Program-made: the position numbers and the translations under genes
In this document: piece after piece, positions 51,509 to 61,677 of the stretch
Numbering within the stretch: position 1 is the first letter of the stretch
Layout of the letters: each line of letters starts with the position of its first letter
Notes under the pieces: model-generated
Databases searched by the model: none
Told to the model about the DNA's origin: nothing
Seen by the model: the letters and a program-made list of their open reading frames with translations, nothing else
NCBI GenBank assembly: GCA_965205945.1
Contig: CBDBIB010000003.1
Span: 224,001-288,000 of the forward strand
DNA length: 64,000 nucleotides
Direction: 5' to 3'
Origin: Bdellovibrionales bacterium
GTDB lineage: Bacteria > Bdellovibrionota > Bdellovibrionia > Bdellovibrionales > UBA1609

Positions 51509-52234
51509 TTATTTCTTCTCAAGGATATAAATATAACTAGCGCCAAACATAAGGCTTTTATAAGAAGCTTTTTTTATCTTTTTAAGATCTTTTGTAAGTT
51601 GTAAGAATTTTTTTTTTGAAGGAAAAGCTTGAGAAGAATGGCTTAAATAAGAGTAAGCATGTTTTTTTTTACTAATTAATCCACCTAATATAGGGATCAC
51701 GTATTTAGTATAAATAGTTATGGGAAGGTTAATTAGACCCGTTCCCTGTCCTGTTTCTAAGATTAAAAGTTTCCCGCCAGGTTTTACCGTCCTCCACATC
51801 TCAGTAATTCCATCAACAGTGTTAGCAACATTTCTAATTCCATATGCAATGGTTACAGTGTTAAAAGTTTCATCATCAAATTTTAAATTTAAGATATCAC
51901 CTAATTTAAATTCTAGATTAAGGTTTTTGTGCTGAGATTTTTTAAATGCAAGATCTAACATTTCTTTACAAAAATCAACTCCAGTAACTTTAGCTTTTGG
52001 TCCAAGCGTTTGTTTAAACTCAATGGCTAAATCTCCAGTGCCCGTAGCACAGTCTAAAACCTTACTATCCTTAGGTGTGTTTGAGAGTTTTACAACCTTC
52101 TTACGCCAAAGGTGTACAAGTCCAAAAGTCATAGTATTGTTAACTGTGTCATAAGAGTTTGCAATATCTGAGAAGATATTGTGTATTTTTTTAGGGTCAG
52201 GTTTTGTTAAAGTAGTGGTATTAGGTTCGTTCAT
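51509..52234 (-). CDS. menG: Demethylmenaquinone methyltransferase (UbiE/MenG)
   Basis: FSDIA.SYD..N, LDCATGTGD, AYGIRNV, AYSYL..S...FP; ATG at 52234 (ORF track start 52249). Confidence 0.93.
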   Translation of the reverse strand: MNEPNTTTLTKPDPKKIHNIFSDIANSYDTVNNTMTFGLVHLWRKKVVKLSNTPKDSKVLDCATGTGDLAIEFKQTLGPKAKVTGVDFCKEMLDLAFKKSQHKNLNLEFKLGDILNLKFDDETFNTVTIAYGIRNVANTVDGITEMWRTVKPGGKLLILETGQGTGLINLPITIYTKYVIPILGGLISKKKHAYSYLSHSSQAFPSKKKFLQLTKDLKKIKKASYKSLMFGASYIYILEKK

Positions 52235-53003
52235 AAAGACTTCTCCCAAGAGTTTTAAGGATTAAATTAGCTTTATTTAAAAGTTGTTTAAGGCTATTAA
52301 TTTTTAAAGCCTGCTGGCCATCAGAAAGAGCATGAGCAGGATCGTTATGGACTTCTATGATAAGGCCATCTGCCCCTGCAGCTATAGCAGCCAAAGCCAC
52401 AGGCTCTACAAGTTTAGCAAGCCCAGTTCCGTGACTAGGGTCAGCTAAAACAGGAAGGTCTGTTCTGCTTTTTAAAAAAGGAATGGCATTAATATCAAAA
52501 GTGTTTCGTGTATCAGTTACAAAAGTTCTAATACCACGTTCACACAGTAAGACATTTTTATTTCCTGCAGCTAAGATATATTCGGCAGCATTTAAAAGTT
52601 CTCCATAAGTTGCAGAAAAAGCTCTTTTTAGTAAAATAGGTTTTGAAGTTTTTCCAAGCTCTTTTAAAAGGCTATAGTTGTACATATTTCTTGTACCTAC
52701 TTGAAATATAGAAGTGATTTTATCTAGCTCTTCAATTTGTCTAGGGTCAGTGACTTCACAAATAAAGGGCAGGGCTGTTTTATCAGAAACCTCTTTTACA
52801 ATAGTGTAGGCTTTTTTGCCAAGACCTTGGAAAGAGTTTGGGCTTGTACGTAATTTATGTAGGCCCCCACGTAAGAAAGCAACCCTCATTTTTTTTAGCT
52901 CTTTAGCTAAGCCAAGGATTTGTTCTTTGGACTCAATTGAGCAAGGTCCTGCGATAATAGGGACGCTATTTCCGCCAAAAGGGACTCCAAGAATGTTAAC
53001 CAT
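52221..53003 (-). CDS. aroF: 3-deoxy-7-phosphoheptulonate (DAHP) synthase, type I-beta, no regulatory domain
   Basis: IAGPCSIES, RTSPNSFQG, CERGIRTF, DPSHG, EVH...ALSDG.Q; 260 aa. Confidence 0.92.
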   Translation of the reverse strand: MVNILGVPFGGNSVPIIAGPCSIESKEQILGLAKELKKMRVAFLRGGLHKLRTSPNSFQGLGKKAYTIVKEVSDKTALPFICEVTDPRQIEELDKITSIFQVGTRNMYNYSLLKELGKTSKPILLKRAFSATYGELLNAAEYILAAGNKNVLLCERGIRTFVTDTRNTFDINAIPFLKSRTDLPVLADPSHGTGLAKLVEPVALAAIAAGADGLIIEVHNDPAHALSDGQQALKINSLKQLLNKANLILKTLGRSLYERT

Positions 53004-53019
53004 CGATTAGGCTCCTTTA

Positions 53020-54069
53020 TTGTGTTATGTTCCTACCGTGGCATTACTTAAGAAACAAGCAGATTTAGTAAATGGTGGCTTCTATATATTAGAGGAGCCG
53101 AATAAACTTTTAAAAAGATACATAGTAGGGCCGCTGGCTGGTGTAGGGGCTTTAAAGAGCTCTTATTTTGGGCAGTTTAATGGTTTTAACTTAAGCTTAA
53201 ATCAGGCTTTTTTAAAACAAAGCTTTATTTTTACTAAGGAGGAGTTAAAGGCGTTTTTAATGACGGGTTTAGAATCAAGAAAAACGTTATCATTGTCTTT
53301 AACAGAAGAGGAAAAAAAAAATTACTTTAAAATATTTTTTAATATTAAAGAGGAGATGAAAAAGGCAGATTTATTTAAGGCGGTCCTTTATATTAAAGTT
53401 GAGCAAAGCCTTAAGGGTTTTGTTTCCCTTAATGAATTTTCTTTTCAGGCCTTAATGGGGTTAAAGAATAAAAAATCAGGTTATCTTTTTGGATTTTATA
53501 ACCCATTAAAGAAAAAAGCTTTACTAGGTTGTTCACCAGAATTTTTATTTAAAACAACAGCTCAAGGAAATTGTATTACTACTGCTATTGCAGGAACTTT
53601 AAAAACTGCTGACGTATTAAAATGGGATAAAAAACTTACTACAGAGCATCAAATGGTAATGGATGGAATTAGTAAAGATTTAGAGTTTAAGGTGCAGTGG
53701 GGGCCTGTTAAAAGCTTTGAATATGGAAAATTATCACATCTTATAGCAGAAGGAGTAGTGGATAAAGCTGTAGATATTAAAAAACTAAGTGGTTTATTGC
53801 ATCCAACCCCTGCAGTAGGAACTTTTCCAAGGCAATATTGTAGAGATTTAAAGCTTGGACCTGAGGGTAGGGGGTACTTTGGAGGTTATGTAGAGGGATT
53901 TGGTTTTCAAAGGCCTTTTTCCTTAGTTTCTATTAGGTGTTTTGAGTGGATAAATTCAAAAGTACAAGTTTGTATAGGAGGGGGGGTTTTAAAAGAAAGC
54001 CTTGTGGATCAGGAGTGGGCTGAATTAGAAAATAAATGGATCACGTTTAAAAGTATTTGGGAGATATAG
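53020..54069 (+). CDS. menF: Isochorismate synthase (chorismate-binding enzyme)
   Basis: GCSPE, AIAGT, EH, LHPTPAVG, RGYFGG, SIRC, EW.E...K; first gene of the men operon. Start may be GTG at 53038. Confidence 0.85.
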   Translation: MCYVPTVALLKKQADLVNGGFYILEEPNKLLKRYIVGPLAGVGALKSSYFGQFNGFNLSLNQAFLKQSFIFTKEELKAFLMTGLESRKTLSLSLTEEEKKNYFKIFFNIKEEMKKADLFKAVLYIKVEQSLKGFVSLNEFSFQALMGLKNKKSGYLFGFYNPLKKKALLGCSPEFLFKTTAQGNCITTAIAGTLKTADVLKWDKKLTTEHQMVMDGISKDLEFKVQWGPVKSFEYGKLSHLIAEGVVDKAVDIKKLSGLLHPTPAVGTFPRQYCRDLKLGPEGRGYFGGYVEGFGFQRPFSLVSIRCFEWINSKVQVCIGGGVLKESLVDQEWAELENKWITFKSIWEI

Positions 54070-54072
54070 TAT

Positions 54073-55500
54073 ATGGTTTTAAGTTTTATAGAATCACTGT
54101 TAGATCTAGGAGTGGAGGAGGTTGTTTCTTGTCCAGGTGCAAGGAGTGCAGAAATTTTAAAACAAATTTTAGAAACTAAAAAAATTAACATTCAAACATT
54201 TTATGATGAACGCTCTGCAGGGTTTTATGCGTTAGGGAAATCTTTAAAAGTAAATAAGCCCGTAGTGGTATTGACAACATCAGGCTCTGCTGTTGTGGCT
54301 TTGTATCCAGCACTCTTAGAGGCAAAGTATCAAGAAGGTGGAAAGCTTATTGCGGTGACTGCAGATAGACCAGAAGCATTTGTGGGGACCGGAGCACCTC
54401 AAACAATAGTTCAAGAGAATATTTTTTTAGAAAATAAGATAAAGACAATATCATACTCTAAAAATACAAACCTTAAAAATATTCAATACCCAGTTCATAT
54501 AAATCTTTTTCTTAAAGATCCTAATCCTGTTAAGAAAATTCAAGAAAAATATGAATATGAATCTTTGATCATAATTTCTAGCTTAAAACCTTATGAAAGA
54601 GATGAGGTGAAAAGGCATTTAGGAAAATATAAGGGTGCTTTAGTGCTAGAGCCATTATCAAATTTATCACATAAGGATTTTCCAGAGGCATTGGTTATTA
54701 AGTATGCAGAGTCATTTATACTTAAAAGTGGTATAAACAGTTTTAAAAAAGTTTATAGAATTGGTGGAGTGCCAGTACTTAAACCATGGCGTAAAGCGCA
54801 TAAGCATTTAAATGTATTTTTCTGGGATAGATATAAATACGCAGGAACTATTAGAGCAAGAGGAGTTTCTTTAAAAAAGATTTCAGAAGAAATTACTGGT
54901 TTTAAAAAGAGTAAAGAATTTAAGAATAAACTTTTAAAGTATAATAAAAGTGTTAAAAATATAATTAAAAAAAATATTTTTTCTGAAGTTTCTATGCTTA
55001 TAGAGTTAAGTAATGAAATTTTAGTTGGATCTAGAGTTTTTATTGGAAACTCTTTGCCTATTAGGCAGTGGTCTTTTGTTGATTGGTCTAGATTTAAAAA
55101 TATGGGTCAGCGTGGTGTAAATGGAATAGATGGGAGTTTAGCGCTAGCCTTGGGTTCTTTGGATAAAAAACTTGATAATTGGATTATTCTTGGAGATTTA
55201 ACAACTTTATATAATTTAAATGATTTACAGGCGTTAAAGTATTTAAGTGGTTATAGTATAAAAATTGTAGTGATAAATAATTCTGGTGCAAGAATATTTG
55301 AAAATATTTTTGATGAAAATAAAGAATACTTTATTAATGAACAAGAGCGGTCTTTTAAGAAACTAGCATCTTTTTGGAATCTTGATTATATTAGATACTT
55401 AAAAGGTGTTAAGTTGTCAAAACAGTGTTTAATAGAACTTGTGGTTGATCCAGCTAAATCTAATGAATTTTGGTTTGATTTAGATAAGGTTAGATTGTGA
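54073..55500 (+). CDS. menD: SEPHCHC synthase
   Basis: CPGARS, DERSAGFYALG, TTSGSA, TADRP, GNSLPIR, RGVNGIDG, GDL, VINN. Confidence 0.93.
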   Translation: MVLSFIESLLDLGVEEVVSCPGARSAEILKQILETKKINIQTFYDERSAGFYALGKSLKVNKPVVVLTTSGSAVVALYPALLEAKYQEGGKLIAVTADRPEAFVGTGAPQTIVQENIFLENKIKTISYSKNTNLKNIQYPVHINLFLKDPNPVKKIQEKYEYESLIIISSLKPYERDEVKRHLGKYKGALVLEPLSNLSHKDFPEALVIKYAESFILKSGINSFKKVYRIGGVPVLKPWRKAHKHLNVFFWDRYKYAGTIRARGVSLKKISEEITGFKKSKEFKNKLLKYNKSVKNIIKKNIFSEVSMLIELSNEILVGSRVFIGNSLPIRQWSFVDWSRFKNMGQRGVNGIDGSLALALGSLDKKLDNWIILGDLTTLYNLNDLQALKYLSGYSIKIVVINNSGARIFENIFDENKEYFINEQERSFKKLASFWNLDYIRYLKGVKLSKQCLIELVVDPAKSNEFWFDLDKVRL

Positions 55501-56156
55501 AAAAAGCTCTTTACTTGCACGGTTTTTTAGGAACATATCAAGATATGCAGCCATTATATTTAGATGGATATAAATGTGACTCCTTTAATTTAAGAACATT
55601 ATTATTTAAAAAAGATTATATTAAAGAGCTTTCAAAAAATATTAAAGAATATGATTTTATTGTGGGCTATTCTTTTGGCGGACGTATACTTAAAGAGCTT
55701 AAACTTTGTTTTCCTGAAAAATCTAAAACCTGGGTTTTTGTATCATCTAGACACACCCCTTATTCAAAAGCAGAAGCGTTATTAAGAGAATCTTTTAGAC
55801 AAAAGCTCTTTTTAAAATTAGAGGATAGGGTTAAATTTTTAAATTATTGGAAAAAACTGTCGTTATTTTCTGGGCATCAAATGGATGAGTATCGAGCTAA
55901 ATATAAACTTGGCTATACACCATGGACAGTTGATGAAATTAAAAAGTATTTAGAGTGTTTTTTTATAAGTTCTCAAGTTAAACCACAAAAATGTGATAAA
56001 AGTATTTTTGTACATGGTAAGAGTGATGAAAAATATTTTAAGGAGGGGAAAAAACTTAACAAAATTTTTGATGTTTATTCTTTACCCGGTGGACATAGGT
56101 GTTTGTTTGAAAATCCTGATGAGTTTAAAATTTTTTTAAAAAAGGTGCTGTTATGA
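55497..56156 (+). CDS. menH: SHCHC synthase (alpha/beta hydrolase)
   Basis: LHGFLG, GYSFGGR, G..DEKY, GGH; follows menD. Confidence 0.85.
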   Translation: MKKALYLHGFLGTYQDMQPLYLDGYKCDSFNLRTLLFKKDYIKELSKNIKEYDFIVGYSFGGRILKELKLCFPEKSKTWVFVSSRHTPYSKAEALLRESFRQKLFLKLEDRVKFLNYWKKLSLFSGHQMDEYRAKYKLGYTPWTVDEIKKYLECFFISSQVKPQKCDKSIFVHGKSDEKYFKEGKKLNKIFDVYSLPGGHRCLFENPDEFKIFLKKVLL

Positions 56157-57034
56157 GGTTTTTTTTAAGTTTAGTAAGCGCAAGTAGATTAAAAACGTTA
56201 ATTGTTGGAATTTGCCCTGTAATATTAGGAACATGTTTTTCGTTTTATTTTTTAGGCTATTTAGATATGACTTATTCTAGCCTTATTTTAATAGCAGTTG
56301 TTTTTATTCAGATTTCAACTAATTTTTTTAACGATGCCATAGATGCGGAAAAAGGTAGAGACACAGGGGCTAGAAAAGGCCCTAAAAGAATGGTTCATAG
56401 TGGACAACTTTTGGGTAAAACTTTAAAGTTATGGGCTTTAGGGCTTTTAATCTTAGCTTTTATTATTGGATTAATACTTTTTTGGAAATCAGGATGGTTA
56501 GTGCTTTTTATAGGTGTGCCGGCGTTATTTTTAGCTTATTTATATACAGGAACAAAGTACTCATTATCAGCAAATGGTGTTGCTGATTTATTTGTAATTG
56601 TATATTTTGGAGTTATTCCAGTTTGGGCAACAAATTATATCATATCAGGGGTTTATTCTTTTTATGCAAGCTTAACAGGGCTTCAATGTGGTCTTTTATG
56701 CAATACTTTTCTTTTAGTTAACAATTTACGGGATAAAGAAGAAGACGCTCAAACAGGAAAAAATACATCTGTGGTAAAGTATGGACGTAAGTTTGGAGTA
56801 AGGGCATTAGCCTTATGTTTGTTTCTTCCATATGTGATAAATGTTTTGATAATGAATAGTATATTTTTTCGATCAGGTTTTTGGAGTTTTTTAAGTTTAC
56901 CTTTTGCTATGTATATTTTTATAAAGATTTTTAAAGAAAACCCATCTAAAGCATATAATAAATATTTAAGTTTGCTGGGCCTACATTTAATTTTATTTAC
57001 CTGGATGTATGTTATGGGAATTTTATCTTCATGA
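56153..57034 (+). CDS. menA: 1,4-dihydroxy-2-naphthoate prenyltransferase
   Basis: RLKTL, NFFNDAIDAEKG.D, YTG, VNNLRD..ED...GK.T. Confidence 0.93.
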   Translation: MRFFLSLVSASRLKTLIVGICPVILGTCFSFYFLGYLDMTYSSLILIAVVFIQISTNFFNDAIDAEKGRDTGARKGPKRMVHSGQLLGKTLKLWALGLLILAFIIGLILFWKSGWLVLFIGVPALFLAYLYTGTKYSLSANGVADLFVIVYFGVIPVWATNYIISGVYSFYASLTGLQCGLLCNTFLLVNNLRDKEEDAQTGKNTSVVKYGRKFGVRALALCLFLPYVINVLIMNSIFFRSGFWSFLSLPFAMYIFIKIFKENPSKAYNKYLSLLGLHLILFTWMYVMGILSS

Positions 57035-57891
57035 GAATGTGGTTTTCCTTATATGAATTAAAACCTATAAGAGATTTAAGAGGATTAAGTTTTTTGAGTA
57101 AAGGGGTGTTGTTAAAATTTGAAGAAGAAAGGTACTCCCTTTACCATCCCATAAATAATCTTGGAGATAGATCATTAAAAGATTTTTTTAAAAATCTATC
57201 TTTACAAGATGATTTGTTTAAAAGAGTTAAAGAGGCATCTGTTTCAATAGATGATTTTAAAAAACAAAAAGAAAATAAAATTTCTTGTTACTACTCTGCC
57301 CCAAGCTTTGATTTTTTTTTAAAAAACCAAATAAAGATTAAAAATAAAGGATTTAAAACGATTAAAATAAAAGTATCTTCAGTAAATGAAATTAAGGAAA
57401 ATCTTTGTTTTATTAAAAAAATACCGTTTAAGTTTATATTTGATTTTAATGGTAAAGGTGTTAGAAAAGATTTTATAAATTGCAATAAGGATTTAAAATT
57501 TTTTTTCAAAGATCAAGTCATATATGTTGAAGATCCTTGCTTAGAAAAACTTAAACTTTCTTATTTAAAGGTGGCATCTGATTTTAATAAATATGATGGA
57601 GAAGAGAATTATATTATAATAAAACCTACAGGATTTAATCACAGCCTTCCAGATTTTAATCCAGAGAATTCAGTAGTTACTAGCTATTTGGACCACCCAT
57701 TAGGACAGATAATCGCAGCTTTATGGGCTGTAAAGCATAAGATTAAACTTGAATGTGGTTTGTTTTCACATTCATATTATGAGAAAACTGCCTATAGTGA
57801 AATTTTAGATGAAATGAAAACTGAAATTAACTTTTTAAAACTTTTACCTTTTTTTAAATTACTTAAAAATGAGCCATGGGTAAAGGTTTAG
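57031..57891 (+). CDS. menC: o-succinylbenzoate synthase (divergent)
   Basis: Enolase-superfamily KIK, DFN, VEDP, ASD, IKP, VVTSYLDHPLGQ, CGL. Confidence 0.78.
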   Translation: MRMWFSLYELKPIRDLRGLSFLSKGVLLKFEEERYSLYHPINNLGDRSLKDFFKNLSLQDDLFKRVKEASVSIDDFKKQKENKISCYYSAPSFDFFLKNQIKIKNKGFKTIKIKVSSVNEIKENLCFIKKIPFKFIFDFNGKGVRKDFINCNKDLKFFFKDQVIYVEDPCLEKLKLSYLKVASDFNKYDGEENYIIIKPTGFNHSLPDFNPENSVVTSYLDHPLGQIIAALWAVKHKIKLECGLFSHSYYEKTAYSEILDEMKTEINFLKLLPFFKLLKNEPWVKV

Positions 57892-58343
57892 GGCCCGAAC
57901 TTCCAATTTTAAGGGGAGAACCCAATTTTATTTATAAGCTTGAGCAAGAGGCCTAGGGCTAGGCCCCTATTATTAAATATGCGTCTTGGGCCTGGGTAGA
58001 GATTTTTAGTCTACCTTATTAAACTCATTAACTATGTGTTTTGGGTAGAGGCTTTTATTGCAGAATCAGAATAATTTTTTTTAAAATCCGGACCCTGTAG
58101 TCTGTTCAAGCCAGGATTATTTTAGTTTTTTAAGAAAATGAAAGGTTATGGAGCCATGTCCTATGAGTTTTTTATTATAGTTTTTTAAGCTAACTTGTTT
58201 AAGTTTTTTTACCTATTTTAACCATCCTTGGTATGTTTAACTAAGTGTTTGTTTTAGGATGAGTGGGCAAAGATTTTTAAGTTGTTGGCCTAGGTTGAGT
58301 GCTCATGTGCAACAAGGCTAAACTAAAGGGGCTTTTAAAATAT

Positions 58344-59399
58344 ATGGATTTTATGGATTTTAAAGAAAGTATAAATGAAAATAAATTGCATATGCTTTCA
58401 GAGAAATCTTTGTTTTATATAAAGGTTGATGAACCTACATACTTGCTAAAAGCATCAGGAGGTACGAGTCAAAAAGCTTATTTACATAGGCTTTCAGATA
58501 TTAAAGCTGCCACAAAATCTTTTTTTAAAACAATCTCATTAACACAGGATGATCGATGGGGTATTTGTCTTTCAACAAAGCATGTAGCTGGGTTTTCAAT
58601 TTTAGCTAGATCATATTTTGGTAACTTAAAGGATCCATATTTCTTTACATGGTCAGTGGAGTCAGTATGTTCTAAAATTGTTGAAAATAAATTGTCTGTT
58701 TTATCTTTGGTTCCTACACAAATTTTTGATTTAGTTTTTAAAGGAGTAAAGGCGCCTGAAAAATTAAAATATGTTTTTGTAGGGGGCTCTCATATATCAA
58801 AGAAACTTTTTCAAAAAGCTCAAGAGCTAGGTTGGCCTGTTGTGGGGTGTTATGGTTTAACAGAAACTTTTGCGCAGATGTCTTATTCAGTTGATGGAGT
58901 AAATTTAAAAGCTTTTCCTGGATGGGAGGTGTCTTTAAGTGCTGATGAAGAAATTACTCTTAAGGGTCCTGGCCTTTATTGGGCAAAGCTTAAGGGAAAA
59001 TCAAAATTGATAATTAGAGATAAAGATATTTTTTATACAGGAGACCAGGGAAAACTTGGTAAGGATAGCTTTCAAATTCTAGGTAAAACTACAGGCAAAG
59101 TTAAAATCAAAGGAAGTTATTTTGATTTTAATAAGTTTAAAAAAGATTTTTCTGCAAAACTTTTAGAATCTGGGTTTAGTAATCAACAGCTTTTCCCCCT
59201 TGTACTCAAAGAAGAAAGAAATGGTGCAGGGTTATACTTAATTACAACTCAACCCTTATTTAAATTAAAAAAAATATTAAACAGCACCCCTCAGTTTAGA
59301 GGTGTTTTTAAAATGAATTTAAATATTTTTTCTGAAATAGGAAAACCTATTAAATCTAAGCTTGAAGATGAGCTTTTAAAGACTGTCGTATCTTTGTAG
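58344..59399 (+). CDS. menE: o-succinylbenzoate--CoA ligase (short, divergent)
   Basis: HVAGFSILARS, SLVPTQ, VGG, YGLTETFAQ, TGD.G; ATG at 58344 (ORF track start 58299). Confidence 0.85.
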   Translation: MDFMDFKESINENKLHMLSEKSLFYIKVDEPTYLLKASGGTSQKAYLHRLSDIKAATKSFFKTISLTQDDRWGICLSTKHVAGFSILARSYFGNLKDPYFFTWSVESVCSKIVENKLSVLSLVPTQIFDLVFKGVKAPEKLKYVFVGGSHISKKLFQKAQELGWPVVGCYGLTETFAQMSYSVDGVNLKAFPGWEVSLSADEEITLKGPGLYWAKLKGKSKLIIRDKDIFYTGDQGKLGKDSFQILGKTTGKVKIKGSYFDFNKFKKDFSAKLLESGFSNQQLFPLVLKEERNGAGLYLITTQPLFKLKKILNSTPQFRGVFKMNLNIFSEIGKPIKSKLEDELLKTVVSL

Positions 59400-59757
59400 G
59401 TATGGGTATTTTTGTACGGCTGTTAATATTTACAAAACAATGTGTTATATGAGTAAACGCGTGGCATTTTTCATCAGTTCCTATTTCAAAATGAAATGTT
59501 ACAGAGCTTTCACCTAATTTTTTAATCCAAAGATTTGCAATATAATCATCTCCAAAAACTAAGGGATGGTCATATTGAACAACTGCACCTCTTATGGGAG
59601 CTGCGGCAGTGTCTAAAAACCAAGCCTCCCAGGCAATGCCCATATTAGGAAGCTGTTCTTCTAAAAATATATGGTAAATTTGAAGGAAACTTGCAAAAAA
59701 CATAATGCGTGCAGGGTCGCAAAGGTGAAATGGAATTTTCATGTTTTTAGTTAGCAT
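59356..59757 (-). CDS. 4HBT-family acyl-CoA thioesterase, probable DHNA-CoA hydrolase
   Basis: F..CDPARIMFF, PL.FGD, LGESSV.F hot-dog motifs; adjacent to menE. Confidence 0.75.
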   Translation of the reverse strand: MLTKNMKIPFHLCDPARIMFFASFLQIYHIFLEEQLPNMGIAWEAWFLDTAAAPIRGAVVQYDHPLVFGDDYIANLWIKKLGESSVTFHFEIGTDEKCHAFTHITHCFVNINSRTKIPIPTKIRQSLKAHLQA

Positions 59758-60010
59758 TTAAACCCTTATTTTAGTTCATTTTAAGGGAGGAATTAGGTGG
59801 GGAGCAAGCTTTATTGTAAATCTTAATTTTTAAAAGATCATATATAGGTATTTTTTTTCATATAGACTGTTAGTTGGCATTAACTTAAAGTTTTTTCGCA
59901 AGAGCTTAGTTATGAGATTTTAACATATTCTGGGTAAATCTTAATCAAAATAAAGAATTTCATAATCAAACTATATTGACTTAAAAATAAGGTGCTTGTT
60001 TAGTGATTTT

Positions 60011-60937
60011 ATGATTTTAGATCAAAATTTAGTGCCTAATGATATTCCGTCTTATTTAAGAAAAATGAAGGAGATGTATGAGGATTTATTCTCAGGGGGC
60101 AAAGCTTATAGGGGAGCTTTAGTTTTTTCTATTTCTAAAGAACTAGGTTTACTTAAAGAAAAAGCGGAACTATTATCAACATGTATTGAATATATTCATA
60201 ATTCGTCCTTATTGCATGATGATTTTGTAGATGATGCAAAGCTTAGAAGAGGAAAAACCGCGGTTTGGAAAAAATATGGTGGAGGATATGCTATTTTAGG
60301 TGGCGACTATCTTTTAGCAAAAGTTATTAAAAACTTGTGTGCTCATAATTCTATTAAGCTTATAGCTTATACAAGCAGTGTGATTTTGGCTTTAGTTGAG
60401 GGAGAGTGGCTTCAAGATGCTTGTCATAATAGAGGTGATGTGAGTAAAGAGGAGATGTCTTATGTGCATGCTTTAAAAACTTCAGCACTGTTTTCTTGGT
60501 GCTTTAAAGCGCCTGCCCTTTTAATGGATGAATCACTGCCTAAAAAAGATTTAGATCAGTTTCAAAGGATAGGGGAGGTCTTAGGAGCACTACTTCAAAG
60601 AAGTGATGATCTACTAGACTATAATATTAGGAATGGTGAGGGTAAGGCTTATTTTAAAGATCTTCCTTCAGGGTATTTTAATCTTTTTACGATTCATCTT
60701 TTAAAAGATCTTAGCTTAGATGAAAAAATGAAAGCCTTTGATTGTAAGAGTTTACAGGACTTTATTAAAATATTTAATATTAATATGAGTACTGCACTTA
60801 AGGGTTTTGACCAAGAAAGTGAAGCTATTTTGGCAGAAGTTATGAATCTAATTGATGAGAATAAGTTTTTTTCAAGAAAATTTAAGCAAGAACTTAAAGA
60901 AGCAACATATAAGATTTATTGGAGATCTAAGGTTTGA
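60011..60937 (+). CDS. Polyprenyl diphosphate synthase
   Basis: GGK..R, SLLHDDFVDDA.LRRG, GDYL, KTSALF, QRSDDLLD. Confidence 0.92.
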   Translation: MILDQNLVPNDIPSYLRKMKEMYEDLFSGGKAYRGALVFSISKELGLLKEKAELLSTCIEYIHNSSLLHDDFVDDAKLRRGKTAVWKKYGGGYAILGGDYLLAKVIKNLCAHNSIKLIAYTSSVILALVEGEWLQDACHNRGDVSKEEMSYVHALKTSALFSWCFKAPALLMDESLPKKDLDQFQRIGEVLGALLQRSDDLLDYNIRNGEGKAYFKDLPSGYFNLFTIHLLKDLSLDEKMKAFDCKSLQDFIKIFNINMSTALKGFDQESEAILAEVMNLIDENKFFSRKFKQELKEATYKIYWRSKV

Positions 60938-61677
60938 GTTTAATTTTAGATGCTTCATTAAAAACTTATAAGCATTGCAAAGATTTAGAGAAACAAATTG
61001 CAGAATCTAAATATATTCTTAAGGTAGAAAATAAGACGATTTTATCTTATGAAAATAAGGTTTTTCAAATCAGCTCGAGTGCTTTTCCTGGAGTTTATTG
61101 TGACTTTTTAAGTGAAAAATTTTTAAAAGAAGTAAGGCAAAGTTTTAGTAGCTCTAAAGGAGTGTACTCTTTTTTAAAGCCTTTGGCTAGAAATGAAAGA
61201 ATTAAAATCTGTGATTTAACTGTAGGAATGGGGAAAGATTTATTTAAGTTTGTTTTAGCGGGACATCAAGTTGTAGGTTATGAGAGAAACCCTATTTTTT
61301 ATCACCTTGTTTTAAATGGAATCCAGAGATTTAAAGCTTCTAAGAAATTAGAAGAGTTAAAGAGAGCGTTTAAAATTAAAGAGTTTAAGGTAGATGTAAG
61401 GTTTGGTGAGGCTACACCAGAGGTAGAAAAATATGATTTAGCCTATTTTGACCCAATGTTTTTAGATTCTTCTAAGAAAGCAGCGCCTAAAAAAAATATG
61501 CAAGCATTAAAAGCTTTAGTAAAACCTTTAGAGCAAAAAAATAAACTTAAAACATTAAAACTATGGAAAAAGCATTCAAAATATTTAGTTTATAAGTGTT
61601 CAGGAAGAAAAAAAGACTTTTCAATGACAGTGTTTAAAGAGGTTAAGGGTAAAGGTTTTTCTTATTTAATTCTATGA
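60934..61677 (+). CDS. rsmJ: RsmJ-like class I SAM methyltransferase
   Basis: DLTVGMGKD, ERNP, YFDPMF, AAPKKNMQ. Confidence 0.8.
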   Translation: MSLILDASLKTYKHCKDLEKQIAESKYILKVENKTILSYENKVFQISSSAFPGVYCDFLSEKFLKEVRQSFSSSKGVYSFLKPLARNERIKICDLTVGMGKDLFKFVLAGHQVVGYERNPIFYHLVLNGIQRFKASKKLEELKRAFKIKEFKVDVRFGEATPEVEKYDLAYFDPMFLDSSKKAAPKKNMQALKALVKPLEQKNKLKTLKLWKKHSKYLVYKCSGRKKDFSMTVFKEVKGKGFSYLIL

